Assembly (NCBI GenBank): GCA_963514005.1
Contig: OY740794.1
Coordinates: forward strand, 20,274,001 to 20,338,000
Reading direction: 5' to 3'
Length of the DNA stretch: 64,000 nucleotides
From: Raja brachyura
Lineage: Eukaryota
The notes beneath the pieces were generated by a model, which was not told the DNA's origin, ran no database searches, and saw only the letters and a program-made list of their open reading frames with translations. Position 1 is the first letter of the stretch, and each line of letters begins with the position of its first letter. A program made the position numbers and the translations under genes. This document shows positions 50,910-62,900 of this stretch, piece after piece.

Positions 50910-51150
50910 TTGGTTTGAAATAAAAAGGCACTGCCTGCAAATGTTTGTTTGGGGGATTTGGGTTGAAGTTAAAAGGCACTACTGCAAATGGTGGCTCAGT
51001 TCCTTTGGCTTTAAGTGAAAATGCACTACTGCAAATGGTGGCTCGGGTGCTTTGGCTTGAAGTGAAAAGGCACTACTGCAAATGGTGGCTCGGGTGCTTT
51101 GGCTTGAAGTGAAAAGGCACTACTGCAAATGGTGACTTGGGTGCTTTGGC
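50910..51150 (+). repeat. 47-bp minisatellite (~5 units)
   Basis: ttggcttgaagtgaaaaggcactactgcaaatggtggctcgggtgct. Confidence 0.9.
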
Positions 51151-51514
51151 TAACTTCCTGTTTGCACTGTATATTGATTTTAGGTAAAATGCTACCGCTT
51201 ACGGCTGTGATTTTTGGCCATCTTACTCAGTCCCCCTCCGCTCAGCAAGTGTAGAGGATTCTTCCAATCACTTAAAACTAAAAGTGTTACTAGTGTTTAA
51301 AAAATGTGAGAATCTCTCTCCTGTCATGAAGGCCACACCTTTTCCGGTGGGATGGGGAGGGGGAGGGGTTATAAAACCCGGACGTGTGGGTGTTGCTCAG
51401 TCTCTGCATGATGGGGGAGGGAGCGGTCACGACTCTGTCTGAGCTGTGAATAAACTGAACACACTGAATGTCTACTGAACTGTGAGTTTGGTGTTTTGTG
51501 TGGTTTTATGTCAC

Positions 51515-52010
51515 CATGCTTGAAATGGTATGAAACTGTATTTGACTGTGGGGGCCTTGCACCCTGCATGAAATGGTATGAAACTGCATTTGAATGTGGT
51601 GGCGTTGCACCCTGCATGAAATGGCATGAAGCTGCATTTGAATTTGGTGGTCTTGCACCCTAATTGAAGTGGTATGAAACTGCACTTGAATTTAGTGGCC
51701 TTGGATCCAGCTTAAAGTGTTATGAAGTGGCACTTGAATTTGGTGGCCTTGCACCCTTCTTGAAGTGGTATGAAACTGCACTTGAATTCTTTGGCCTTGC
51801 ACCCTGCTTGAAGTGGTAGGAAACTGCACTTGAATTCAGTGGCCTTGCATCCTGCATGAAGTGGTAAGAAAATGCACTTGAATTTGGTGGCCTTGCACCC
51901 TGCTCGAAGTGGAAAGAAACTGCACTTGATTTTGGTGGCCTTGCACCCTGCTTGAAATGTTAGGGAAATGGATTTGAATTTGGTGGCCTTGCACCCTGCT
52001 TGAAATGGAA
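51515..52010 (+). repeat. 48-bp minisatellite (~10 units)
   Basis: gcaccctgcttgaagtggtatgaaactgcacttgaatttggtggcctt. Confidence 0.92.
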
Positions 52011-52273
52011 TTTCAAGGAATAGCCATGAGTCAACTGCCAGCCCACCAGCCGTGAGTGAGCTGTCAGCACATCAGGCTGGAGGGACTGAGCTGCCACCCC
52101 AAGAACCCATACCAGCGCTCCAGAAAGCCCCGCACTGCCTCCAATATTGGAATTGGTGGAGAGGTGGAATATTGCATCGGGGGACCAGCCCTCCCGTGTA
52201 AACATGGGACCCAACGGGTCCCACTTAGTCTAGTTTTATAATAAAAGTGTTATTTTTGAGCTTATATAGCTTA

Positions 52274-52595
52274 GGGGCGGCACAATGGCACAGCGGTGGT
52301 GATGCTGCCTTACAGCGCCAGAGACCCTGGTTTGACCCTGACTATGGGTGCTGTTTGTACGGAGTTTATACGTTCTCCCTGTGACAGCGTGGGTTTTCTC
52401 CGGGTGCTCTGGTTTCCACCCACACTCCAAAGACGTGCAGGTTTGTTGGTTAATTGGCTTCGGTAAAATTGTAAATTGTCCATAGTGTGTGTAGGATAGT
52501 GTTAGTGTATGGGTGGTTTCTGGTCGGTGCAGACTCGGTTGGCCGAAGGGCCTGTTTCCGCATTGTATCTCTAAACTAAACTGAACTAAACTAAG
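52274..52595 (+). mobile_element. HE1-type SINE
   Basis: Full head, V-domain and (ctaaa)n tail. Confidence 0.88.
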
Positions 52596-52619
52596 CAAAC
52601 ACTACCTGCTTTTGGTGGT

Positions 52620-53330
52620 AGTGCTGAAAATATTTAACCAAGACAGTGAATTACAATTATCTTCGCTGAATAATGTCGTGGGATTTTCTTTTCCATCCAG
52701 CTGAACAAACATATGCAAGCTTTGTTTAACATTTCACCTGAAAGTGCAGCATTTTCTTGAGTCTACAGTGAAGTGTCAACTTATGTTTTCCATCCAATTC
52801 TCCAGTGGCCACAGATATAAGCTGCAGCCGATGATTTTTCTGACTCAGACAAGACAATAATACCGAGTGAATCGAACTGACACTAAGTTGAAGTTGCTGA
52901 TGGAGACAAGAATCTCTTTCACTAAAGGAAAGAATGACATGAATTTATGCACCACTTTTCACAGCCACCCACTGTGTTTTACAGTCAAACTACTTATGAT
53001 ATTGTTATTAAAGAAACATCGTAGCCAATTTGCACACAGCAAGCTGGCACAGCAACAATATGAATGCGAATAGGTATTTCATTAATGTATGGGAATAAAT
53101 GTTGGCTGAGACACAGGGGATATCCCTGGTGATCTTCTTCAAAATAGTGTCATGTTCCCCTGAGAGCAGGTGGATTGCAGTTTAACGTCCCATTCAAATG
53201 GCAGCACCTTTGATAGGTGTCCCTTGGTATTAGTCTCAGTGCACAAATTCTGTGGTCGCTTGGAGGAGATGGCTTGAAATCACCACCTCCTGATTCAAAG
53301 ACTAGATTACTATGAACTGAGTCATGGCTA
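52620..53330 (-). mobile_element. Degraded DeuSINE (SacSINE1/AmnSINE1-like) remnants
   Basis: gggaataaatgttggc...cttcttcaaaatagtgtcatg...gtttaacgtcccattcaaatggcagcacct resembles the reverse complement of the Deu-domain. A similar remnant lies at ~29440-29680. Confidence 0.55.
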
Positions 53331-53333
53331 ATA

Positions 53334-53620
53334 GTAGATACAAGGACCTGCAGATACTGGTTTACAAAAGAATGCACAAAGTGCTAGAGTAACCTGGCAG
53401 GTCAGGCAGCATCTCTAAAGAACATGGATAGGTGACATTTCAGGTTGAGTGAACTCTGAAAAAGGGTCTCGACCTGAAATATCACCTATCCATGTTCTCC
53501 AGAGATGCTGCCTGACTGATTACTCTGCAGAAGGGTCCCTGACCCGAAACCTCATTTATCCATGTTCTCCTAGATTCTGCCTGGCTTGCTAAGTTACTCC
53601 AGCACTTTGTGTCTTTTTCT
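53334..53620. mobile_element. Inverted/tandem Penelope pLTR unit with TSD
   Basis: TSD atggctaata at 53324-53333 and 53621-53630; degenerate hammerhead cores. Confidence 0.75.
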
Positions 53621-53773
53621 ATGGCTAATATTAGAATACAACTGTTCAAGATTGTGCTTGATCTGACTTATCATCTGTATGCATCCTGCAATCTGATCCT
53701 TTAGAAGCAATTACGTGCTACGGCAGCCCCCAGTATCCATTGGTTTGGGGCCTTCCTGTCATCACTCAACCAG

Positions 53774-53902
53774 TATGAAGAAGGGTCTCAACCTGAAACG
53801 TCACCCATTCCTTCTCTCCAGAGATGATACCTGTCCTGCTGAGTTACTTCAGCATTTTGTTTCTACTTCGATTTAAACCAGCATCTGCAGTTCTTTTCTA
53901 CA
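53774..53902 (+). mobile_element. Short Penelope-derived unit with TSD
   Basis: TSD catcactcaaccag at 53760-53773 and 53903-53916; starts at the hammerhead-like tatgaagaagggtctcaacctgaaacgtc. Confidence 0.75.
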
Positions 53903-54459
53903 CATCACTCAACCAGGAAATGGTGCAGATGGCAAGTGGCAGCTGAGCCCAGGCAGCCAAGCAAGGGGAATTGGACACCATCTTGATGGCCATTAACAGG
54001 TTGTCACAGCTAAAGACACTTTCCCTAACTTTAATTGGCTCTGATAACTCTAAGTGGAATTACATTAAACTACTGGAAATAAATTTAAAACAATTATGTA
54101 AAAAAACGTAACTTGAACTAACTAATGAAGGCCGATGCCTTATTTAAATATTTAATAGTAATAATATTTTATTATTTTACTAGTGGATCGTTTTTTATCT
54201 GAGTTAGATAGAGCTTTAGGGGCTAGTGGAGTCAAGGGATATGGGGAGAAGGCAGGCACGGGTTATTGATAGGGGACGATCAGCCATGATCACAATGAAT
54301 GGCGGTGCTGGCTTGAAGGGCCGAATGGCCTCCTCCTGCACCTATTTTCTATCTTTCTATGTTTCTGTTAGTGGGAAACTGAGGGGCTCAATCTATCTTG
54401 CACTAAACATTACTGCCTTTAGCCTGTATCTGTACACTGTGGTTGGCATGATGGTAAAG

Positions 54460-54885
54460 TGAAGTTGCTGATGGTGCTCCTCAGGTTGACCAGTGTGTCA
54501 TAGAGGGAATGAGCTGTATTGTGCAAGATGCTCCGCAGTTTGAGGAGCATCTTCCCCTCCAAGACCACCTCCAATTAATGCAACTCCACTCCCAGGACGG
54601 GGCCAACCTTCCAGATGAGCTTGTTGATTCTCTTGACGTTCGTGGCCTTTGCCCTGTTACCCCAGCGCACAACAGCGCAGAAGATGGCACTGGCCACCAC
54701 CAATTGATAGAACAACTGCAGCATCTTACTGCAGATGTTGAAAGAGCAGAGCCTCCTCAGAAAGTAAATACGGCTCTGTGTCATCTTATACAATGCCTTA
54801 GTGTTCCTGGACTAGACCAGTTTACTGTCCAGGTAATTCCAAGGTACTTGTACTCCGTGGTAAACTGCGCATCCACTCCCTTGAT
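54460..54885 (-). mobile_element. Rex1/Babar-like LINE RT fragment
   Basis: YKMTQSRIYFLRRLCSFNICSKMLQLFYQLVVASAIFCAVVRWG. Confidence 0.8.
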
Positions 54886-56079
54886 GCTGTGTATTTCCAA
54901 CATTTTCATTTTCAGTTTTATGGAGTATACTCAATCTTCTCAATAGGATTCACATCAGAAATTTTCTGGCACAGTTTGGAAAGTGTTCCCAATGAAACAA
55001 CAATTTCTTCTGCTTGACTAAGTATTATTGAAATATTGGAATATATATATATATATCAATCCAAACCGTCATTGTAAGTGCTTTGGTGAGGTGTTGGTGA
55101 AGAACTATCCAATGTAATTCTGAAAGTAAATTGTTATAATAATATCACAAATCAAAGTTCTACGCATGCCAAAGAACTTATTTAACTTTCTAATTAATCC
55201 AATAAGTTCAGAGATTTCTTCGTATTATTGCACAATTAAATTTATGTTTGAAATTTAGATGGTTTTGAGTTATGTGGGTGATTATAATTTTGTGTGAAAA
55301 TAATAGTGTGATTTGTAAAATGGCTCGCTGATGAAATTTTGGACAATTATTAAAAGTTAGGATAATCTCCTTTGATTTTTTTTCCTCTCTCAGGGTAATT
55401 GCATGATGGAATATTTTTAATATGGCTTTGCCATTTACTCTACTAGTAAATTGATACGCCATCTTATATCCATTAAAATGATACAACAGCAGTCACAGTG
55501 TTACGGTGACCAGAACAAACGAGGAACATAGTCAGAAGAACTGGTTGGTTGTCTCCTGAAAATTATAATCAATATCATCAAATTTATTAAGAGTTTGATA
55601 TTTAATGGACTGCTGCTTGTTTGCTGGGATTTACTATAATGGCTGCATCCTATTTTTGCTCTTTCTGGCTTGACCATGTATTAATGATGAGATAAATAAT
55701 TAACTCATCAAATGCTTATTCTCCTGGGGATTTCATTAACATTTTACTGAGTATTAAACAGTTTTATTGTATCTTTTTCACAAATCTAATTAACACTGTA
55801 TCCCTTTGAACGGATTTCAAGTTGACACATGCATTAAACCATGTTGTAACAGGCCTTTTGGGACAGAATCACATTAAGATCAATAGTGGTTGCCATTAAG
55901 GGCAACAAGTGCTGGAATACTATCCTGAGAGTTAGTGAATTGCTTGGCAATATCCAATTATAATGTGACTAATATAAGAATAATTGTAATGAGAAAAGGC
56001 AATTTTGTTGATCAAGCCAGCTCGCTGCACTCTATACCCAAACACTTGATTCATTAATCACCCAAGTGTGAATTCTTCA

Positions 56080-56460
56080 TAAGTTCATAAGTTGTAGGAA
56101 CATAATTAGGCCAATTGGCTGATCAAGTCTACTCCATCATTCAATCATGGCTGATCTATCTTTCCCTCTTAAACCCCATTCTCATGCCTTCTCCCCATAA
56201 CCCCTGATACCAGTACTAATCAAGAATCTGTCAATCTGAAGCTTAATAATATCCATTGACCTGGCTGCCATAGCCATCTGTGGCAATGAATTCCACAGAT
56301 TCACACTCATCTCCTTTCTGAGGGTACATCCTTTAATTCTGAGGCTATGGCCTCTGGTCCTAAATCTCCCACAAGTGGAAGCATCCTCTCCACATCTACT
56401 CTATCCAGGCCTTTCACTAGTTTCAATAGATTCAGTAAGTTTCAATGAGGTCACCCCTCA
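56080..56460 (-). mobile_element. CR1 3' fragment
   Basis: cataagttcataagt tail and caatgaattccacagattcac. Confidence 0.7.
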
Positions 56461-56941
56461 TGCTATGTCACTATACAAAGCCAAGAACATTCATCAATTG
56501 ATCAATGTTAAAGCTTATCTAAATCCCCTCTGTTCATATTATCCTGTTGTTTGTTGGGATTTTATTCACAGAGTGCGAACATTGGAATTGGATTTGTAAG
56601 AGCGAGGATTTGGAGATTGAATTACAATATATCCAGGTAAGGTTGACAGTGCCTATGTCAGGAGTGGGTGGAGCAGAGTAGAACTGTATTGGCCAAGGTG
56701 ATGACTATGGAATTGTTCTGATCAAGGGTTGGAATTCCAATGATCATGGTGAGACCATTAGGTGTGAGAGTTGGAAGTGTATGGATCAGGAAGGGCTTTG
56801 CAATGGTGGGCTTTGCAATGATCAAGATGAGCACATTTGCGTTGCAGAGGTCAGGGTGAGCGTGTTGGCGGAGTGTGCATCAAGGTGAGGATGTCAACAT
56901 TGGAGGGATGCTGGGCAACCATAGATCCCTCCCTGAGATTT

Positions 56942-57220
56942 CGTTTAGTTTAGTTTTAGTTTAGAGATTCAGTGTGGAACCACGTCCTTCTTCCCCACCA
57001 AGTCTGCGACGACTAGCAATCCCCATGCTCAAGCATTATCCTACACACTGGGGCCAATTTAAACCAAAGCTAATTAGCCTACAAACATGTACATCTTTGG
57101 AATGTGGGAGGAAACCCGAACACCTGGCGAAAAACCACGCGATCACAAGACAGGACCCGAAGTCCGGATCGTACAAGGGTCACTGGTGTTGTAAGGCAGC
57201 AATTCTACTGCTGCACCACC
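56942..57220 (-). mobile_element. HE1-type SINE
   Basis: (tttag)n tail and reverse-complement V-domain. Confidence 0.75.
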
Positions 57221-57821
57221 GTTGTTGGCATAGAATGGTTTAGAGGAGTATGTTGGACTCAAATTGATTTTGGTGAGGATATCATGATTAAATGGTCAGG
57301 ACAAGGACATCAGAGCCACATTGTTCCACGTCATGATGTTGGGAATGGATTGAACAGCAGTGAGGATGTTGTGTTTGGCTGAATGATAATTCCTGCAATC
57401 TTCATCCAAATTAAGTTGCAAATAAATTAAGGCAAATTTTAATTTCCAACACTCCTGAGAAACAGTCATAAATGCAAATTGTTTTCATGCATGATTCAGC
57501 AATAGCTCCAGAGGCTCGGCATTGTTGAAATTCACAAGAATAGGCAGCATTTACCTTGTGTTTTATTGGGTCATTTAGACGGGATGGCGTTTTAAAGTTC
57601 TTGTCCATTATGAAGGCCTCTATGAAATATTAATTTTATACTTGAATTCATTTATTCTCAGTTACACCCACATTTTAACCTTAAAGTTCTCACATCTTCT
57701 CAATAAGTATATGATTGAGAAGGATTGAATAAGTATATGATCAATCAAAGGGTTTATCTGCATTTAAAATACAACATCATTGGTCAAACTATAACACTTT
57801 GCTAGCACCATCCATGACTAT

Positions 57822-58282
57822 GCAGACAGGAAACAAAGAGTCGGGATTAACGGGTCCTTTTCAGAATGGCAGGCAGTGACTAGTGGGGTACTGCAAGGCT
57901 CGGTGCTCTTACCGCAACTATTTACAATATACATCAATAATTTAGATGAAGCGATTCAATGTAACATTAGCAAATTTGCAGATGACACAAAGCTGGGTGG
58001 CAGTGTAAACTGTGAGGAGGATGCTATGAGAATGCAGGGTGACTTCGACAGGTTGTGTGACTGGGCAGATGCAGTTTAATGTGGATAAATGTGAGGTTAT
58101 CCACTTTGGTAGCAAAAACAGGAAGGCAGATTATTATCTAAATTGTGTCAAGTTGGGAAAAGGGGAAGTACAATGGGATCTGGGAGTCTTTGTTCATCAG
58201 TCAATGAAAATACGCATGCAGGTACAGCAAGCAATGAAGAAAGCGAATGGCATGTTGGCCTTCATAACAAGAGGAGTTGAGT
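57822..58282 (+). mobile_element. Internal CR1 RT fragment
   Basis: GVLQGSVL...KFADDTKLGG...KCEVIHFG. Confidence 0.88.
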
Positions 58283-58424
58283 AAACTTTTTTTCAACAAT
58301 TTTTTTTTGATGAACTGCATACTACTGGCATTGGCTTAAAGGTCTGGAAAGGACCATTTGAAACAACTATATGCAGTTCAAATCTCTAACCTCGAAACCT
58401 CTTTATTCCCAAATGCCTGAGTGA

Positions 58425-58700
58425 AGTCTGAGGAAGGGACCCGACCTGAAACGTCACCTAACCATTTTCTCCAGGGATGCTGCCTGTCCCACTGAGTTAC
58501 TCCAGTATTTTGCGTCTATCCTTGGAATAAACCAGCATCTACAGTTGCTGGTCTGAAGAAGGGTGTCAACCCAAAACGTCGCCAATTCCTTCTCTCCATA
58601 GATGCTGCCTCACCCGCTGAGTTTCTCCAGCATTTTTTGTCTACCTTCGATTTTCCCAGAATCGGCAGTTCTTTCTTAAACATCTACTGTTCCTTGTTAT
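58425..58700 (+). mobile_element. Tandem or nested Penelope pLTR units
   Basis: Two hammerhead-like cores near 58428 and 58553, each followed by gatgctgcct...gag...ccagc. Confidence 0.7.
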
Positions 58701-59044
58701 TACATTTATTTATGCAGCCTTTTTAAACACCTTTTAATGCGCTTTCAAAATGGATATTGATGACCAATGTTAATTAATAACAGGAAAAATGATTTTCAAG
58801 GTATTGGAGGGACCATAAGACATGGAAATATTTGGAAAACTCTATCAAAGGGACAATGGACTGAATGATGTTCATGAATGCTGTAGGAGTTATAATTATT
58901 TGAGTTATACGATAACACACTAATTCCAGATTTCTCTACCAAAAATTAATTAAAAATTTGATAATATGTAGTTAGAGAATAAACTATCTAGTTAATCCCT
59001 TAGGTTAAGAAATGCAAGTAGAAAGTATATTAACCACATATATT

Positions 59045-59668
59045 CCTTTGGTGGTAGCCCGTCGGTAATGACGATGGCAGGTTGTGCAGTCTCAATTCTG
59101 GTGAGTTCTGACATGGCTCACGAGTCCAATCCGTGAAACGCACACTCGAGGCCAGTGGGGGCAGATGAAGTTCATCACTGGCGGCTTCTGGGCGGCAGCC
59201 CTCCTCCTCTCCCTGGCTTTGGTAAATCGCTCTAGATGATGCTACTCGAAGCTGCTGGCTGCTGTTCGCACTGCTGCGTGCTGCAGCGTGTTCAGTCACT
59301 GGCACAGGCTTCCAGTTGCTTGGGCACAAGACCACAATAGTGGAGATGGTCCTTGATGCAATCTTTGTACGGTTCCTTTGTCCCTGGGAGAGCACACTGT
59401 AGAAGACCTATCGAGGCATGTGGGTTTCATCCATCCTGATGATGTGACCAGTCCATCAGAGCTGGGCTTTGATAATCATTGCCTCGATGTTTGTGAAGCT
59501 GGATCTGTCCAATACCTCTAGGTTGGGCACTTTGTCCTGCCAGCGAATCCCCATGATGGACCATAACGAGTGCATATGGAACTTCTCAAGTTGACGGATG
59601 TGATTCCTATACATGGTCCACGTTTCACAGCCATAGAGCAGGCTGGAAAGCATAACTGCTTTGTAGAC
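59045..59668 (-). mobile_element. RTE-clade LINE 3' fragment, truncated by the Gypsy insertion
   Basis: VYKAVMLSSLLYGCETWTMYRNHIRQLEKFH...GIRWQDKVPNLEVL...AQL*WTGHIIRM. Confidence 0.85.
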
Positions 59669-59871
59669 TGTAGATGGTTTTGCATGCAACCAATAACATA
59701 GTTACCTCAGTACCATTAACCCCGCCTAGTTAACATCAATCATAACGCCCTCCCCTTCCTGGATACGGTTCACTAGAAGAATGTAGCCAGTATTTGAGGA
59801 TGTATGTAATACCTTGTGCTATCATTAAAATGTGTTGAACACTTTTAGAGTTTGTAAATTGCTTATTTACA

Positions 59872-59885
59872 TGGTGTCGGAGCTG
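59872..59885 (+). promoter_or_regulatory. Primer binding site (tRNA-Leu-like)
   Basis: TGGTGTCGGAG directly follows the LTR CA; it partly matches the complement of the tRNA-Leu 3' end (TGGTGTCAGAAG). Confidence 0.65.
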
Positions 59886-59965
59886 GAAGATACTTGCGCC
59901 TACCTGTCCATCGGGTTTTATTTCTTTTATTTGATTTGTGCCTTTTGTGTTTTATCTCTCTGACC

Positions 59966-62900
59966 ATGGCATCCTCGTGCAGAAAGCCCGCGCAGCTTGT
60001 CTTTGATGCTGATATTTCTGAGCGCTGGGCTACGTTTGAAATTGATTTCACCCACTTTGTCAACGTCGCTCACCGCAATGATCCTGACTCCCTCAAAGCC
60101 TCCCTCCTACTCAACCTTGTCGGACCTGATGCCATGAAGAGAGCCAGAACTTTCGTCTATGCTCCAGCGGTCCTGGACGACAACAACGTGGTGATTACCC
60201 CTGCAGAATCTGCCAGTGACCCTGCTTGCCTGCTACGTAAGTTCAGGGAGATTTGTGACCTGCCCTCGAACCGCATTCTAGAGAGGGCACGGTTCTTTAC
60301 AAGGAGACAGCTGCCGGAGGAACCTGTTGAATGTTTTATTGCCGATTTGCGTTATCTCGCCCAGCGGTGCCGTTTCGGTGACATGACAGACCAGCTCACT
60401 AGAGACATTTTAGTAACTGGCATGCGTGACCAGAAGCTGCGATGTGAGCTTCTTAGGGATCCAGATCTAACGTTAGCAAAAGCCATGCATGCCTGCAGAT
60501 TGTCTGAGGTCGTTGTATTGCCAGATGATCACCGGGACTTGGGAGATAAGTCTGTTCACCAGGCTGGATTTAGTAGAGCCCTGCCTCAGAGGGGAAACAA
60601 TGCTTTTCTGCCGCGTGCCAACCCTGGTCCTGCTGATGTGCCCCCAAAAAGGTGCCCTAACTGTAACTACATGCACCACAGACGGTCGACGTGCCCTGCC
60701 TATGGCAAGGCTTGTAATTTTTGTAACAAACTGAATCATTTCGCTTCTGCCTGCCGCTCATTCCGTTCTCGTGGGAGACAGGTACAGATTTCCAGACCCA
60801 GTCTAAACATGCTTAAACAATCTGATAGCTGTTCCAACCCACAGCCCGATGTTGCTGAATTCTATGATGCAGATCCAATTAATTCTCCCGAGGATTCGAA
60901 TGTGTTTACCCTCCTCCAGGCACCTGGCCAACGTCTTGATCCCTCCGTGTCTGTGACTGTCAACAATGTAACCTTCCTTGCGAAGTTAGATACTGGGGCA
61001 AAGGTCAATGTTTTGTCAATAAATCTTTTCAACAAGATAAGGACTAATGAGGCCTTGGTCGCTGACAATGCTACACTGCATGCCTATGGTGGAGAAATTC
61101 TCAGGCCTGTGGGGAGGGCCACTTTAACTTGCAGGCTACAGAAGGCCACGAGAAACTTGATTTTTTATGTTTTGAACTCTGACTGTGTTACCCTGCTGGG
61201 AAACCGTGCGTGCCAAGATCTTGGCCTGGTGTCCTTCGACCACACGGTCCACAAAGTGCAACTGTCATTTAACCCGATTGCAGAATACCAGGACCTGTTC
61301 AACGATGACCTGGGAAAGTTACCACTGACATACCATATTTCCATTGACCCAAATGTACAACCCGTGGTCCGCGCACCTCACAGGGTGTCCCACGCCATGA
61401 AAGACAGGGTCGAGGCGATGCTTAACAACATGGTCGACAAGGGGGTGCTAGAAGCGGTCAGCGAGCCCACCGATTGGGTCTCCACCATGGTTGCCACGAT
61501 AAAGAAAGACAAGAATGAAATACGTGTGTGTATCAACCCCAAGGACTTAAACCTTGCCATCAGGCGACCACACTACCCCATGCGGTCCGTTGAGGACGTG
61601 GCAGCTCAGGTCGGGCAAGCCACCGTCTTTTCGGTCCTAGACGCTAAGAACTCGTTCTGGCAGATCCCGTTGGACAAAGCATCTTCCGACCTGACAACCT
61701 TCGCCACACCATTCGGCAGATTCAAATTCCTGCGAATGCCATTCGGCATCAATTCCGCTAGTGAGGTGTTCCAGCGAACGATGGAGCAGATATTCTCGGG
61801 CCTGCCATGTGCCATCATCGTGGATGACATCTTAGTCTATGGGAAGGACATTGCCGAACATGACCAGAACCTCCGCCGCGTCCTGGATCGGGCGCGAAAG
61901 GCCAACCTGAAGCTGAACCCAAAGAAGTGCCGGTTTCGTGTCTCAGAAGTCACGTATGTTGGACACGTTTTCACCTCTAACGGACTAAAACCCGACCCTT
62001 TGAAGGCAGCGGCCATCTCTGAGATGGCAGCCCCCACCGACGTGCCAGGTCTACAACGTTTCTTGGGCATGGTGAACTACCTTGGGAAGTTTGTACCAAA
62101 TCTCAGTGAGCTGAGTGCTCCCCTGCGGCAGCTGACAAAAAAGGATATCGCCTGGGTCTGGCTCCCACAGCACCAGCAGGCGTTTGACTGTCTCAAGTCG
62201 AAACTGATTAACACTCCGACGTTGCGATTTTTTGATGCGAGTCGCCCCATCACCGTCACATGTGACGCTTCTAAGTTCGGCCTGGGCGCGGCATGCCTCC
62301 AATCTGTCGATGGATCGTTACATCCTGTCTCCTATGCCTCCCGCACCATGACGGACACCGAGCAGCGGTACGCTCAGATCGAGAAGGAGCTACTTGCGGT
62401 GGTGTTTGCCTGCTCCAAGTTCAGAGACTTCCTGTTTGGCAGCAGATTTACAGTCGAAACCGACCACCAGCCACTGGTGACAATCCTGAACAAGCCGATT
62501 CATGCTGCCCCTGCCAGGCTGCAGCATATGATGCTGCAGCTCCAGCGCTTTGATTTCGACATCATCTACAAGAAAGGCACCGAGATGCACATCGCGGACA
62601 CGTTATCGCGCGCCCCGCGGGCCTCCTGTGCTCGCCACCCCTACGAAACAGAGGACTTGCTCGTACTGGCCGTCAATTTTATTCCCACCAAGCAGCTGCA
62701 GCTTTTGGCCGAGCACACCGCTGCCGATCCAGTTTTGCAACGGCTTGCGTCTGTGATTAAATCAGGGTGGCCAACAAAGCGCTCCGCTGCACCGCCTGAA
62801 ACACAGCCCTTCTTCCTGGTCCGTGACGAACTGGTGCTCCAGAATGGCGTTATCGTTAAGGGACATAAAGTGGTGGTCCCGTCCTCCCTGTTCGATTCTT

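Larger units (their letters stand above)
50534..52233 (+). mobile_element. Non-autonomous Helitron with internal minisatellites
   Basis: 5' A|TCTATCTATATTACTAAAAG; 3' hairpin GGGACCC-AAC-GGGTCCC then ACTTAGTCTAG|T. Confidence 0.85.

Noticed and set aside
50910-52010. Regularly spaced repeats resembling a CRISPR array
   Set aside because: The units are contiguous 47/48-bp tandem copies with no unique spacers, there are no cas genes, and the context is eukaryotic.
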